Shown here: piece by piece, positions 1-13,300 of the stretch | Layout: every line of letters begins with the position of its first letter | Numbering within the stretch: position 1 is the stretch's first letter | Assembly: GCA_963924565.1 (NCBI GenBank) | Contig: OZ004614.1 | Location: forward strand, 26,040,001-26,104,000 | Reading direction: 5' to 3' | Origin: Ascidiella aspersa | Lineage: Eukaryota | Length of the DNA: 64,000 nucleotides | Notes under the pieces: model-generated | Told to the model about the DNA's origin: nothing | What the model saw: the letters and a program-made list of their open reading frames with translations, nothing else | Databases searched by the model: none | Made by a program: the position numbers and the translations under genes

Positions 1-417
1 ACTAGAGTAAAATACGACTAATTCTAATTCTAATCTATTTCGAAAACAATGCTAATAGCCTAGCTCTTGCCTAAAAATCATAGGCTATATTAAAACGTTT
101 CAAAATTATCACACGAATATTTACCATTCACATCCAATGTAATTCTAGTTCCAATTCTAATTAAATTTTGTTTTTTAAGAATTCGGTATTCTAATCTTAT
201 TTAAGAAAACTTAAGCCCAATAATCTACTTTTATTTAATCTAATTTAGCAAAAAACTCAAATGCTCCACTTTTATTTCTAACTTAATGTTTAAAAGCCAA
301 AATAATTGTAGCCCAAGTCGTCCAGGGTGGCCGGTTTACTTGGGACCTTACAACAGAAAGATCGTGACCTTTTAAAGCAGGATTTGTATCGTTGTGTGCG
401 CCAGAGTGTCAACTTAC

Positions 418-446
418 CTCGATGTTGACTCAAGAAGCATTAGCAT
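418..446 (-). CDS. Possible first coding exon (MLMLLESTSR..) of a gene extending left of the window
   Basis: Consensus donor GAG|GTAAGT at 418/417 on the minus strand, preceded by an in-frame ATG within a GC-richer patch. No recognisable homology. Confidence 0.25.
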
Positions 447-3400
447 ATTCCGACAATAACCCCTCGCGCTGTTTGTCGCGCGATGCTGTTTGTTACGTAA
501 CAGTGGGTATCGCTGGGGGCAAACTTGGGGGTGTTTTTCTTTTGTGAGTTTTGACAGCCGTGACCGATGGCTTAAGGCAGGGGTCGTTTTGCTCGTCCGG
601 TTATTTTGCTTTTTCTTTCTCGGTTTCCTGAATATTTCCAACGCAAACTGACTTTTGTCGTTTTGCTGAAATCTGCCAAAAAATTGCTTCAAAATTTTGT
701 CTTTTTCGTTGCTTCAGGCTGTTTTTCGCAAATATAGTAATAATTCGTACAATTTCTGTGAACTCAATAAATTTGTTGCGATATATTTTTATTTATTTAT
801 GTAAACAAAACTAAAACATAATGAAATAAAGGTAAATCTAACACTAAGAACACGCAAAATATTGTTGCCAAAAAGTTGAATTGTTCCTTTAAACTTAGGC
901 TTGTCATGGTTGAAAGCGGATCATTTTAAAAAGATTACCACGAACACAAAACTTGACGCTTCGTCAATTGTCCAGCGATGTTTATGAAATGGGATTCAAT
1001 CCCTGGTTAAGAATGTAAATGTTTTATTGGAGATTATTATTACTCTGTTTATAATCCAGGGTTTTTTTAATGATGTCTCCCACGAATGCGAAATTTAATA
1101 ATTTGAAAGCTACACTTTGTTTTTTTACAAAAAACTTTTTTCACGGGGTATTTACCAATGCTTTTTACGGGCGTTTGCAAACTGCCTTCAGCTTAAAAAA
1201 ATGTTCATGGTTTCCCCAAGATGATTTGTAATTATTGACTATCAGTCGTTTTCATTTTTTTAGCTTGCGGCTCTTGAGAAAATAAATTCGCAGCACAGTT
1301 TTTACAAACAACAATAGATACATACCTTGGTAAATGACCTTAATACCGTCGATACAATATGTGAACACCTTAGCATCACAGAAATTTTGACTGAGACAAG
1401 AAAGTCTATACTGTTTTGCTACCATTCGAAGTCATCGTCGTCACTAACGTGCATTAGGGCGAGGAGATATCTTCTTTTTCAAATATTCGGTTTGCACCTT
1501 AACATCGTCAGTTTTTTAATAGATAGTCTCCATTCAGTCTCGCACGCACGACTATATGTTTATTTGTAACACAAAAAGTTTCTGAATTAGAAAAAGTGAC
1601 ACGGCACACAGTTACAATTCACTGCCTGTGGAAATCAAAAACAAGAAATCATCAAACACGAAAAATCCCAGGCATTCGAAGCTACTTGGTGGCCGATATT
1701 TTGCCGTCGTCGTAATGTTTGTTTACCAGCTAAGTGACTGTCGTGTTGCGATCTTGGTGGTCCAAATAAATCCACGTCCCAGGTCAATTCCGTGTCATTA
1801 ATCCCCAGTCAGGAGTGCAGTGTGTTTACGGTGATTAACAGAGCAAGGTTCGAAATCCAAGAAAAGTTAGAAACTTGGCGAAAAGTCGGATTCTTTGGCG
1901 ACGCTTTTTCTTGCGACTCCTGCCACCGGATCCGGCATTGTGAGCAAACAAACGAACGAACGCATCGCGCGTCAATTGTTCGACCCACACCTCTGACTTG
2001 TCGCTGTCGGGGCGAAATTTCACCAAAACTTGTTGACGTTTTAACTTTTCGGCGCGCTTTTGCCATTGGCGTTAAAAGGGGGGAGGGTTAACCCCTCTTT
2101 TTTACCCTGAGGGGGGTTGCAATTAAAACCTCAAATCAATCACAAAGAAAGTGAAATACATAATAACGATTTGTTTGTAATCTAAATGAACAAATTCTGT
2201 ACAAAAGGATAGAATATTAAAGTTGAAGGCACAATGCCACAGTTTTTAGTTTTGTTGCAGATTGCCTAAAAGTTTCAAATCGTCTTTGCGTTTGATTAGG
2301 TGTTATTATTTTTGATATTTGCGTTCTAATGTTTTTCTCATATTTCACTTTTTTGGCAAATTTCAACCGAAAAAGTGACACCCATTTATCTTTTCAAATT
2401 CCTCCAATTTTTTAACAAATCTATACCTAGTATAAACGGACAAAGAAGACAGTGAATTACTCTAAGGAAAAACTTAAGATTGTTTTCAAACAGATTAATT
2501 TGCATCATAGATATATAAAAATCTGTTTAGAACATTAATCAAACCTTTTAAAAACTTTGAACACCTGTCGTGAAATCATTAAAAAATCATTTAAGTTTTG
2601 CGCAACGCTCGTTAATCCGTTTAGAATAAGTGTTACGATAATTTCCCGCTCACAAAAGCTGCAGAGTTTATGTTTTGATGAGATAACTTATCTCCGCTCT
2701 ACGGTTCGTTGCAATGAAAACAACACGCCAGGGTCGACCTTCCGTAGCAGCAGTGGGCGAGAGAAGATACCCTGTCGCTCTGTGTATTTAAGCTCGCTTG
2801 TTCAAATTGACTTTAGCAAGTCGACTGGTCACACAAGATGCAAGTCAAATATGTACAGCCCTGCTAGTCGCGTGCCCCCTGTACTGCCAGTCAGTTCACG
2901 CCCAACCTCTCGCCTGATCGCTATCTGCTCGGGGTCGCCGACGCTCAATCTAGGGCCGTGTCAAGGTCAAGCGCAAGGACAACACGTGGCGGCCAGATTC
3001 GGAAGAAACGTGACCCGAGTCTTGTGTCGTTTTTTTGCGCGTTTGCGTTTTCAGCTGATACAAAGTTTACGTTGTATAACTGGCTGTTGTTTTTATATTA
3101 TGAGTGTTACTCCGAGGTGTTGGGATTCAGTTTTTTTATAAAATGACAAATTCGCGTTCATAAAACAATATGTAAGTTGTTTTGCAACTCATAACTGTTT
3201 ACTTTTTGCTACAAATGCGAACACAGTAGCGAAGGATCAACGAAGAACCATAAAATGGTTATCGAGTCAATTGAGATAAACAAGACTATTTTTTTGTTTT
3301 GATTAGACTAGAGCGTTCATTGCAACAATAGTTTGCTACAATCTATTATACTTTCACAAAATCACTTTTAAAGTCCAAAACAACCAGAACGTTATTTCCT

Positions 3401-3953
3401 GACTTACGTTGTTCAAAACGCCCGAAAATTCGCGGCAACTTTAAGAGTCGGTCGGAGTTTGGAAAGTTGACAATTGATCGATGATCGAGCCCGGAATTGT
3501 CCGCTTTTCACCGGCGCCGCAAATTTTCCAAATTCCTCGGCAAAGTCAAAATCCCGCGACGCTCGAGGCCAGCGGTCGGGTTTCAGTTCTGCGGCGATTT
3601 GAAGCTCGAATCCCCGCGGATCTGGTTACGCTGGAACAAGTGGCTCCTGTGAGAGGTTGTGGGCCGGCGGTCACCGGGACACGCTTTATTTAGCCTTGTT
3701 TGAGTGATGGCGATCGAATAGAGCGGTCAGTGCAGGCCACAGTAGCCGCTCGGGGCTTGGCTGTGCTGCTTAAGCCCCTGTAACGAGCCCACTTTAGTTT
3801 GTAAGCCTTTTCGCTGCTGATTGACTGGCCGGTCGACGCCACTACTTTGCATTACAAGGGTCGTGACGTTGTTTTGGCGCGGGCTGTGCTGAAGGTACAG
3901 TAGAAAACATGCTGGAGGTACAGCAGCAAAATTGTATAATATCTTTAAAAAAA

Positions 3954-4121
3954 TGTTGCACTGAATATGTGATAATGGAAATCACCTTGACCCTTGCAAG
4001 ATAAATGTCGACCTTAATTCCTGATCAGTAACAGCAGAAGAGTTTGGTAAAGCTAGGAATTGAGATCAGACACTAACTTTCAATAAAGTCTGACGTGAAT
4101 TGCTAGCTTTGCTAGAGTATT
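3954..4121. repeat. Dispersed repeat shared with 44761-44880
   Basis: 3954-4033 is a reverse-complement match to 44799-44880, and 4088-4121 is a direct match to 44761-44794. Consistent with two remnants of one long-TIR element family. Confidence 0.6.
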
Positions 4122-6304
4122 CTGCTGGTATTTAAAAAAAAGAAATATTTACTGAATAAAATAGCACTTCACACACACTTTTTTAACCCCCTCGTGAATT
4201 GACTTTTTCTGCCTAATTCTCAAAATAAAACTATTTGAAATAGCGAGGCTACATATTTACGTCCAGCTTACCAACAATGCCAAATATATTTACAGTTGCA
4301 CAAGCGTATATTGTAATACACTGCTACTGCGTTTAGTCAAGGACTTTTCAACATTATTAATATTACTTAACAACACTTGAAATTGAAACGTTTATTGAGG
4401 ACAGCACAAAACAATCCCCCTAAACAAAACTTCATTATTTTTGGTCGCATATTTGGTAGTTTTGCGATTGTACATAAAGCTGCTTTCTCACTTGAAAACG
4501 ACTTTAGCCATTTTGGTTGGCGACTCAAACTTTAACATTGCAAAATATTATATTTACCCACACAAACAACGCTATATGTGCTGCAAAACTTATGATTGTA
4601 AAGTTGTAATAAAAAACCTGAAGTTTTGTTGCAACTCGAAATTATATAGAACTTCTTTTGAATCTAAATTAAAAAAAAAGCTGGTAACATTTTTGTTTAG
4701 TGGTTCACAACATCGAAGAAAGGCTCTAATATAAGTTGATCGGTTATTTCGCAGAGTTTTACGATTTATTTTGTTCACCATAAGTTTGAATATTGTTTGT
4801 TGCTCTGTTTCAAGCAACAGTTGTGTTTGTGAAACGAAGTCATTCGCCTCACTTTTACAAAATGGCGCATGTCTGTAATATTACTGGTTTATGATTTGCT
4901 GAAAAGGCAATCGACAATTTTTCTGGATATGAGATTTAGTCAAATAACTTATAAATACTTTATGCTTTTGTCTTGGGTGGCAAAGTAATTGTTGTTTGTA
5001 TACCTAATTGTTTTTCTTTTAATTGTAAGTATTTTGGGGCGAAATGCTCAAACTGAAACTGCAAATATTCTCTTGTTGTGTGAAATTCTGTTGGATACAA
5101 ATTTTACTTTTAATATATTATTCATGCCAGAATAACGTTATTTCTAACTTTTGAAAAATAAACCTCTTAAAGAGCTTCTGGCCATCGAACGTTGGTATAA
5201 GGCCAATTGCCTCAGTTGAACTAAAACCTAAAGGCTTTATTATTTACTATGGCTTTTATTTTCAATTAAACTTTCAAAATCATTCTTCAAAACTCATGTT
5301 TATTCATAAGTTAATTCATTCTCTTGCGAGATATTTGCGACTTAATGCAATAAACAAGCGCTAGAAGCACAAGAAAAACAAAAAGGGCGGCTTAATACGG
5401 AACCAGTGGGTGGTGTGCGCGCTGTTTTACTAAGGCGTTCAATTGGTAGTTGGAACGTAGATATAAACAACGTGTTCAGCCATTTTTGTTGGCCAGTACC
5501 TTCAAGAAGGGCTTGATCAAAGAAAAAAGCATTGTGTTCATGTACGTTTAAGTTGCTGTAGACAGGGCTGTTGATTAAGGCAGTGTTTTCGCGACCCAAC
5601 ATTTTGCCGCCGTCTTATTTGGTTGGGTCACCGATTGCAGTAGAACGCATTGTTTAATTTATTTGAGATCGGTTCATGTAGTAGATATACGAAGGCATGG
5701 CTCATAATATTTAAAGTCTAATCTATCCATGGCAGTTGCCTTATGTTTTGTTCACAAATTCAGTGAAGAGAACTCTGTCGCCAAAGCTTCACTGTTACAC
5801 TTACGCTCAGTATTTGGGTGGCCGCGACAAAAGAAACACTGCCCTAAGGCGTCTTGTGGAGGTAATTATTGTATTTTTGGCCTGCGTCACTATATTTATG
5901 GAGGTTAGCACGTGAAAACTATTCACAAACCTGCATTAGGTTTGGATAAAAATCACGTCAAAACATATCTTTAAATTTTATGCTCATTTGCTTTAAACCT
6001 GTGACTGTAATTTCACGGGGAAATAACGATTTATGTTTATTATAACGTGGTCATTCACCCTGAAGAAGGTGACTTCAATCGGTCGTAGAAATTCAGTACT
6101 TTTAACCGTAATTTGACAAACGTTATATATTGTCGTTTACGGTTCTAACTTCATATTTCGACCCATTTGGATGGAAAAGAAACTAATAAAACACAACCGA
6201 CAAAATGGAGACTTGAAATCACTTAAAGAATAATCCGCATTTGAATAAAGAAAATGGTCGCATTTAAAGTTAAGATAACGACACATAGTGAAGTAGGTGA
6301 AAGT

Positions 6305-9300
6305 TCACGGTGACGTGCTGACTGTGCTGCTCGAACCTGGACTCGTGTCGGATTTAAAACCGTCCGATCCTCCGTCCCTGGCGTATCCTCGTGACATTAC
6401 CGCGCACTCATCCGACCTGGCGAAACCTGGAGATAAAAGATGTTTTGTTGGAGATGACGTGGTTTTAAAGCAGGGGTTCTTAATCTGGGGCTGTGGACCC
6501 TATATGGGTACGCGGAATACTTTTAGGGGGTCCATGAAGGCCTAATGAAATCTAGTGTATAGTTTAAAATCCTGAATGAACTTGAAAAAAAATAGCGAAA
6601 GAAAAGCGATTAATTGAAAGAACGCTTTCATTCATTCTACTTCAATGAATTTAGACTGGATTCTAGCTGACGTACAAATTCGACCGAAAACTAGGTTTCT
6701 CAAGTCTACTAATTATGACGTCACCCTTGGTCCGCGCAACCTAAAAATGTATTTAGGGGTTGCATTGGAAAAAAAGTTGCTAATCCCTACCTTAAACACA
6801 AAAAACAACTGTTAAGTGAATCTCGTTCGTATTCGTTTAATCTAAGGCAGGGGTGACGAACACGTGGCTCGCGGGCACAAATGGCTCGCGGAAGAATTTT
6901 GTGGCCCGCGAAGCATTCGGGTGAAACAAATGCAGTCTTTGAAGTTTCTTTCACCCGCTTCTACTCTTTGCGATGCGATATGAAAAGCTGATAGCCTGAT
7001 TGAATAACGCGTATATCATGCAGGAATCGTAGGAACTGTTGTGTAAAACCAAACAGTAACCATCAATCGAAATTTCTCATTGAGCAAAAATTTTCATTAA
7101 ATGTTTATTTGTTAGTTCTTATTTACTATTTCATATTTCAATATTGCGTTAAATAATTTCAGCTGTATGGTTCGCATGGGTTTTAATTAGTAAAAAAAAA
7201 AAAAGTAAAAACTTGTGCGGCCCGCTTACTCAGAGGTAAATGACAAAGTGGCCCGCGACGGCAAATAGGTTCGTCACCCCTGATCTAAGGTTTAGGAAAA
7301 TGTGTAATAAAGTTTAAAATACCTGTAAAAAAGTTGTTTTATAGCGTCAATAAATTGAATTGATATCTCAATGAAAAAATAGGCAAAATAAGACAAAATT
7401 ACGGAATAAGACAACATACCAAATTAAATAACTTAAATATTAGGTTTCAATTGATCTCTAAAGATTTGTCATTGGCCTAAACAACTTTAACACATGAAGC
7501 ACTGAAAGAGTTGTTTTAACTTTATACTTGGAACTATTACTTGGAATCGTTTCAACTCGGCGCGAAAAAAATGCCATGACGTGGTTCAAAATATTTAAAA
7601 ATCCAGTTTGGAAAGAGTTTTTCCGTTGCAGTCTGTTTTGGGGAATAATAGTTTACATTTATCTGCGGTCCAGGTTATTTATCAAAAAGTCCCATGAAAA
7701 GAGCCGTAAGTTTCCGACCATGGACAAACACATTTTCTTCATGCCTTTCAATTTTTTGGGATTCTAATTTTGCTCTATTAGTAAGATTTGAATTGAACAT
7801 TGGTTAGAGCTGATGTGCATAGTTAAATTTTCATATTCTGTGATGTTACAGTAAGCCACTACGCGAAAATGCAAGTAAGGGTTGCCCCGCAATCTATTTA
7901 TTTTTGAAGTAGGTTTCCGTAAGTCAAAAAAAGTTGCGAAGAGCTGTTGTAAAGTAACGGTCACTTACCATCACTAGTGTCCAGTTGGTCAAACCTCTGC
8001 TGGACACAACCGAGTCTCTTGTGGTAAACATCAGGACCCTCTTGAAAGCTTCTTTCCTGTTTAAAATGCCCCCTGTAGCCGTAAAAGTCCCGTTCCACGC
8101 CGCTGCTGTCGTACAGTCTCCTCTGCCGATCGTAGGGGTGAAACCGATACCCCTGGCACTCAGCATCGGCGATCCCAAGCCCGTCCGAGACTCGACCGAC
8201 CACGTGGTCACTGTTATGTGGGACTCTCTTGTAGTAAAAGCTGCTGGAATCCGCGCTGTTTTGCTTAATATGGCTGTTATTTGAAGCCTGGAGCCTCCTG
8301 TTCGAATAAATGCACGTTTCCGGGTAAAAGTACCTCCACTCATCCGACCTGCCGTCGCCCGAGCGTTCCTCTGCTCCGCTTTGATACGTGCGCGCGAATT
8401 CTTTGTTTGCGAACATACACGACGAAGATTGCTCGCTCAAACAGGCGGTTCGCTTCTCGGGGATTCCCCGTGACTTCTCCTCGCCCGATTTTGTCCTGGG
8501 GCTTGCGACCAGGTCGCTTCTCACGTCATCCTGGATGGAATCGTCCGAAGAGTAGTGAGAGGAAATTTTCTCCTCCTCTTCATTGTTGGGAGGAGAGGAG
8601 AGAGGAGCGCTCTTTGTGCTCTTCGTTTTTCTCTTCTTTGCCTCTTTTTCTACTCCGAGCAGCTTCTGTAGATTTTTGATGTACTGGATGGCACCGCGCA
8701 ATGTCTCCACCTGGTGGGAAACGTGGTTTGGGTAAAATTTATATTTTTTGGGGGGAGGGTGAAAACTTCAGTTCAAAAAACTACTAAATTGGAAAGTTAA
8801 ACGACGCAATGATCTGTTGGAGTTAGAGTTTGATTAATGCTTGTTTTTTGCGCCTTAGCGTTTCGACAAGATATTGTCGTTCACCTTGCTCAGTCTCTTA
8901 TTTAAGGGTTGCATCAATACTTGTGTAAGGCAACAATCCCGGTTTGGCCGAGGTCGTCATTCCGAACCTCACTGCACAAGATACCTTAGGAAAGGCTTTA
9001 TCAGCCAGCCTATTTAGGACGATGTGATGTGTGGAAGCTAGGCCAGTCTAGACAAAATACTGTGGTGAGGTTCGAACTCACGACCTCAGACGCTCTACCA
9101 ACTGGGCCTTTCTTCGCGTTACTTGTTTTTTAAAACGACAGCCATTGATGTACGATTTAAACGGATACCGGTTGCGATCATTGTTTCATTACCAGAACCT
9201 TTTTAAACGTTTTTCATTTTTTTTCAATAGCCATCGATACCAGTATCGGTTTTAATCTGATATTATCGTTCACCTTGCTGAGTCTCTTCTCTGTGAATTC

Positions 9301-9657
9301 CTCGGGCAGATGTTCCCTCAGTCTCGCGTATCCATCGTTCACACACTTCACCCTCTGTCGTTCCCTCTCATTCCGTTTCCGTATAAAAGCAGGCTCAAAA
9401 CCGTAATCGTAGACTCCGTAAGCTCGAAAGGGGAAGTAGGGAAGCCTGGAGGCGAAAGCTGCGGGGTCTGAGGCGTACTTCGGGTCCAGGTAGCTCTCAA
9501 TGCCGCCGCTGAATGTCGGGTGAAGTTGCTGTAGGAAGAAAGCGTCTCGATACTGCGGGGTTTGGAAGCAGGGTTCGCCGCGTGGGTGCTGGACAGTGGC
9601 CGATGCCACCATCTGTTGCATCGCTGCTTGGTGGTGGTTGTAAGACGCTTGCTCCAT
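6305..9657 (-). CDS. Achaete-scute family bHLH transcription factor, class b (ASCL3/4/5-like), 3 coding exons, ~415 aa
   Basis: Exons 9657-9274, 8710-7969 and 6426-6305, all GT-AG with compatible phases (0, 1). Splicing rebuilds YGVYDYGFEPAFIRKRNERERQRVKCVNDGYARLREHLPEEFTEKRLSK|VETLRGAIQYIKNLQKLL, close to the vertebrate ASCL3/ASCL5 bHLH. Exon 3 reads GFARSDECAVMSRG...STSP*. If intron 2 is retained the protein stops at 7961. Confidence 0.93.
6471..6790. mobile_element. Decayed hAT-type MITE
   Basis: Starts CAGGGGTTCTTAATCTGGGG...GGGGTCCATGAAGG; similar segments at ~28790-29040 and inverted at ~52690-52766. Confidence 0.5.
6848..7282. mobile_element. hAT (Charlie-like) MITE in ASCL intron 2
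   Basis: Perfect 14-bp TIRs CAGGGGTGACGAAC/GTTCGTCACCCCTG and perfect 8-bp TSD ATCTAAGG (6840-6847, 7283-7290); subterminal GGCCCGCG motifs. Confidence 0.9.
9059..9104 (-). repeat. Internally deleted tRNA-like repeat fragment in ASCL intron 1
   Basis: CTGTGGTGAGGTTCGAACTCACGACCTC...CGCTCTACCAACTG matches the family with the anticodon arm missing. Confidence 0.6.
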
Positions 9658-10324
9658 GCTCGCCTGTGGAAACGTAAACGTTCGAGGTCAGCGACTTAAA
9701 ACAACTGATAATAGCGCGCATAGGAGCCTTAAGTAAACAGATCATTTACGCTTATTTCGCGCTAAATATCTCGTAAGTGTAACAGTTTTGTGCGATAGTT
9801 CAATTAGGCCACAAATAGGGAAAACGCTCACCCTTTTTTTTCTGCAAATATGCCTTATCAACAAAATTGGTTATGGCCACTTTGTAACCACGCTAAGTAA
9901 TTTTTTTTAAAAACACAACATGTATTAGGGCCCTAAAAAAGTTTATTGACACTGTCTTTTGTTATTATTTTGTTCGCTTGGCTTCAGGATCATTCCTCTT
10001 ACATTTGCTGCATTTTTTGTTTTCTTGTCAGCTGTTTTTTATCGTTTGCTGACAAGCTGAGTCAGTCATCCATGACTCAGTACAACGATTAGAACGGCTT
10101 GTAATCCGTGTGTGCACCCATGCGGAGCCAACCGATCTGCTGATTAATTGTTTCGCCTCAAAAGTCGAATTAGTTTAAAACAAGGCGCTCACAAACATAC
10201 AAATAGTTCTGTCACTTCGTGCTTCACATATGGTCGCTTGGTAATTTCTCAGGGTGCACTATTGAGCACAGTGTTAACGGGTTGTCAAAACCGTTTGTTA
10301 CTCACTCTAAATAGCGTTTGTTTC

Positions 10325-10370
10325 AGTCGTAAGACTGCCACCTGATTGTTGATCAATCAATCAAAAAAAA
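10325..10370 (+). mobile_element. Retroposon-like 3' end fragment (GTCGTAAGACTGCCACCTGATTG followed by a simple-repeat/A tail)
   Basis: The same core occurs in reverse at ~40240-40307 and ~60431-60492, each next to an (AAT)n/(AAAT)n-like tail. Confidence 0.5.
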
Positions 10371-13300
10371 GCTAGAAGTTTGTTCTTTTGACAGTCTGGA
10401 ATTAAACGTTGGATTAGTTTGTCACCAGTGTTCCCTCTAAGGTGCGCAATCCATATCAGACTTTTTGCGTAAAAAATTGCTCACTTAATTTCATTCCCAG
10501 TTTAAAACTAAAAGATCTTTGTAATTTTTGAGCATTTCGCAAAGTACATTTTTCCATTAATATACTTAATTAAGTTTTTAACCTACTATTTTGTGACTTC
10601 ATCACTAAAATTTTCGTGATCTTTACTTGTTGTTTACCATTCGGCATCGGATGCCCATTGCTGTATTAATTTAAACAGTTAAACAACTTATTTTATTTTT
10701 ACACCTATGCCTAGTGTTGGTCAACCTTTTACAAGTAGTGGCCTCTTTTAGGATATTAACAGGCAAAACAGCCTCAACGTTCATTTAAAGTAACCTATAT
10801 TCAGCGCAGTATTTCGGGGACTACATACATTAGTGCGTCCCAAACAGCTAAGCCAGTGGTACTCAACCTTTTTGTAAGTGGAAGACTCTTCATAAGTCCC
10901 AACACTTGTGCCCCCCTTGCTCACGTTTTGAAAAATTCGTCATTGAACGTCACAAGGGACGTCTATGATGTCATAATGAAACCAAAATTCAGAGTTTAGT
11001 GGATATCGATAGAAATAATTCTTATTATATCTCTCAGATAAACGAGATTATGAAGCAGTCAAAGAACATTTTTGTATGCGAAAGGCTTAACAAATGTTAA
11101 GACCAGCCCAGCATTACCAGACTTTGACAACTATGTAATTCTAGTTGGTTAATTTAATGAATTAGGGCAAAACTCTAAATCCCAAAGTTTGAATGGCCTG
11201 TGTAATATAATCCTAGTTTTAATCTTATGGGTGTTTTAAAAACATTCCGCTTTGCCCAGCCGCATTTAGTTAATACTCTTTGGTTGGAACGACTTGTTGG
11301 TTATTTTACAGTCTGTAAAGCCTTAAATATTTCCTAATACTTTTCCACCTTTCCTTGCAATTAGGGATATTTGATACTGGACATATTATTCCGATACCGA
11401 TCCCATCCGATACCAAATGACGTCATAACTATGGTAAAGAAATCAAAATGAAAGTTAACTTTCTGCACAATAGATTTAAAGGTTGTTTATTGCTTAAGCC
11501 TCTAAGCAACGTAATATAGTTTATTTTAAACAAATACGACTAAAACTTATATTTGAAATATAAATTATTGACCTAATCTCATTACTGTTTGAATTTTCAT
11601 AATTACCACATGCCTTTAAAACTTAACTAACAAGATAATTGGATTAATTAAAACATAATTTTTTTAAAAGTACTTGGTTTTTCGTCCCTTTTAATTTTAT
11701 TCGTTGTTGGATGCCTTAAATACCAAGTTATTTGGACCTAATAACTAATTGGAAACCTCTGTTTTGTCGCTGTAAATTTTATCCATTGCCAAATGCCTTT
11801 ATAACTTCTCTACCGAACTGTTTGAAAACTCCAGCTTAAACCTCCAATTCAAACTCAAGTGCTTCATTGTTTGTTATCAAACCACTACACCGAGACATCA
11901 AAGAGCATCAATCGTCACCGACAAGATTAATCACGTGTTCAACCGCGCACGATTAAATGTGCAATTCGCCGTGGAGTGATTTCAGCGGCTTTACTGACCT
12001 CAGGACTCTAAGGTCGATTCCGCCGGCTTTTCTTTACTGAAATCCGGTGGAATTTTCTTGTTCTCCTTAAAAGCAGGAAATGCTTGTCGCTTGATCCGTG
12101 GTTTATTGGAATTCGTTGTTTGCAGCTTGTAGTGTTATTAGGCCCCAAGCTTGAGATTAGTTGTTGTTTAAAGCGAACTCCTGCAGTAATGTTGACTGGC
12201 GATTGTCAGCTTGTAGAAAATGGCCGACTTTTTAGTCGTTATGCATATTTGGGTTTGGGTCGGCTTAAATCTAAAAAAAAATGCAACAAGAAACCAACAA
12301 TTAAAAAATAAGGAAGGAAAAGACTAAAAATAAATAAAATATTAGTGAAAACTCGACTTGGCCAGGACAGTTATTAAAACCATCTTCTGTCATTAACTGT
12401 AAAAAAACGCTGACAATGTTCCACAATAACTGCGCCAGTTGGTCAAAATGCCCACCTCCTATTTTTTATGTAGTTGAGCAAACCTGGTTCTTAAACTTTT
12501 TTAACTTGTAACACACTAAGAAACTAAAAATTCGCGACACAAAAACTATAATATTATAACTTTAGAATCGCCCATAATAGTCGGCGACACAACAAGTGTA
12601 CACATGAAATTATCAGCTATATAATAATTGGTTTGTGAGCAACACTAATTGTTTAGTAGCAAAAAAGTTACTTTCCAAAATTACAAAAGTTTTACACTTT
12701 AAATATTTTGAGTCACACAAATGGAAACCACTGCCTTAAAAATAGATTTTGTTGAAAGTTCAATAAACTGGTTTGCTACGAAAAATCGTGACCTGATTTG
12801 ATGCCAACATTCGTTTTCTTGCTCAAAACACTGGAAAACAACGATCAGATTTCTAGTCACGACCTTCGTTGGTTTTTATTCGAGAAAGTTGAAATACAAG
12901 ATCGGAAAGTTTGTGATTGGCGACACAAAACAGTAGGTTGACGTACTTTGTGATTCAGTATGTTGAAACATACAATACGCCTACACAAGGTGATAAATGT
13001 CACAAGCAACTGTTACAAAATGGTATAAACGGAGCTGTATTGCACAAACTGTAAAGGACCCTTGACTTAAAAATATCAAGAAAACTAAAGTTGAAAACTA
13101 GACTCTAGAACATTTTTTTTTGCTGCGACCCTACTACACTAAACTTAACTATAACAGCAGCAACTTTATTGGCGGCTTTATTCCATCTACTCAACTTTTT
13201 AAAAGCAAACAAGCAGTAAAGATATAGCATAAAAAATCGAATTTAATTTATTTGAGCGACGTCTTTGTATTCCTTCCACATTTTTCTTAAATATTTTGGC

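Noticed and set aside
2557-3141. 194-aa ORF
   Set aside because: Non-ATG start, no recognisable domain, no consistent splice partners; overlaps a probable regulatory island.
7924-8679. Overlapping 139, 99 and 132-aa ORFs
   Set aside because: Alternative-frame or antisense shadows of GC-rich ASCL exon 2.
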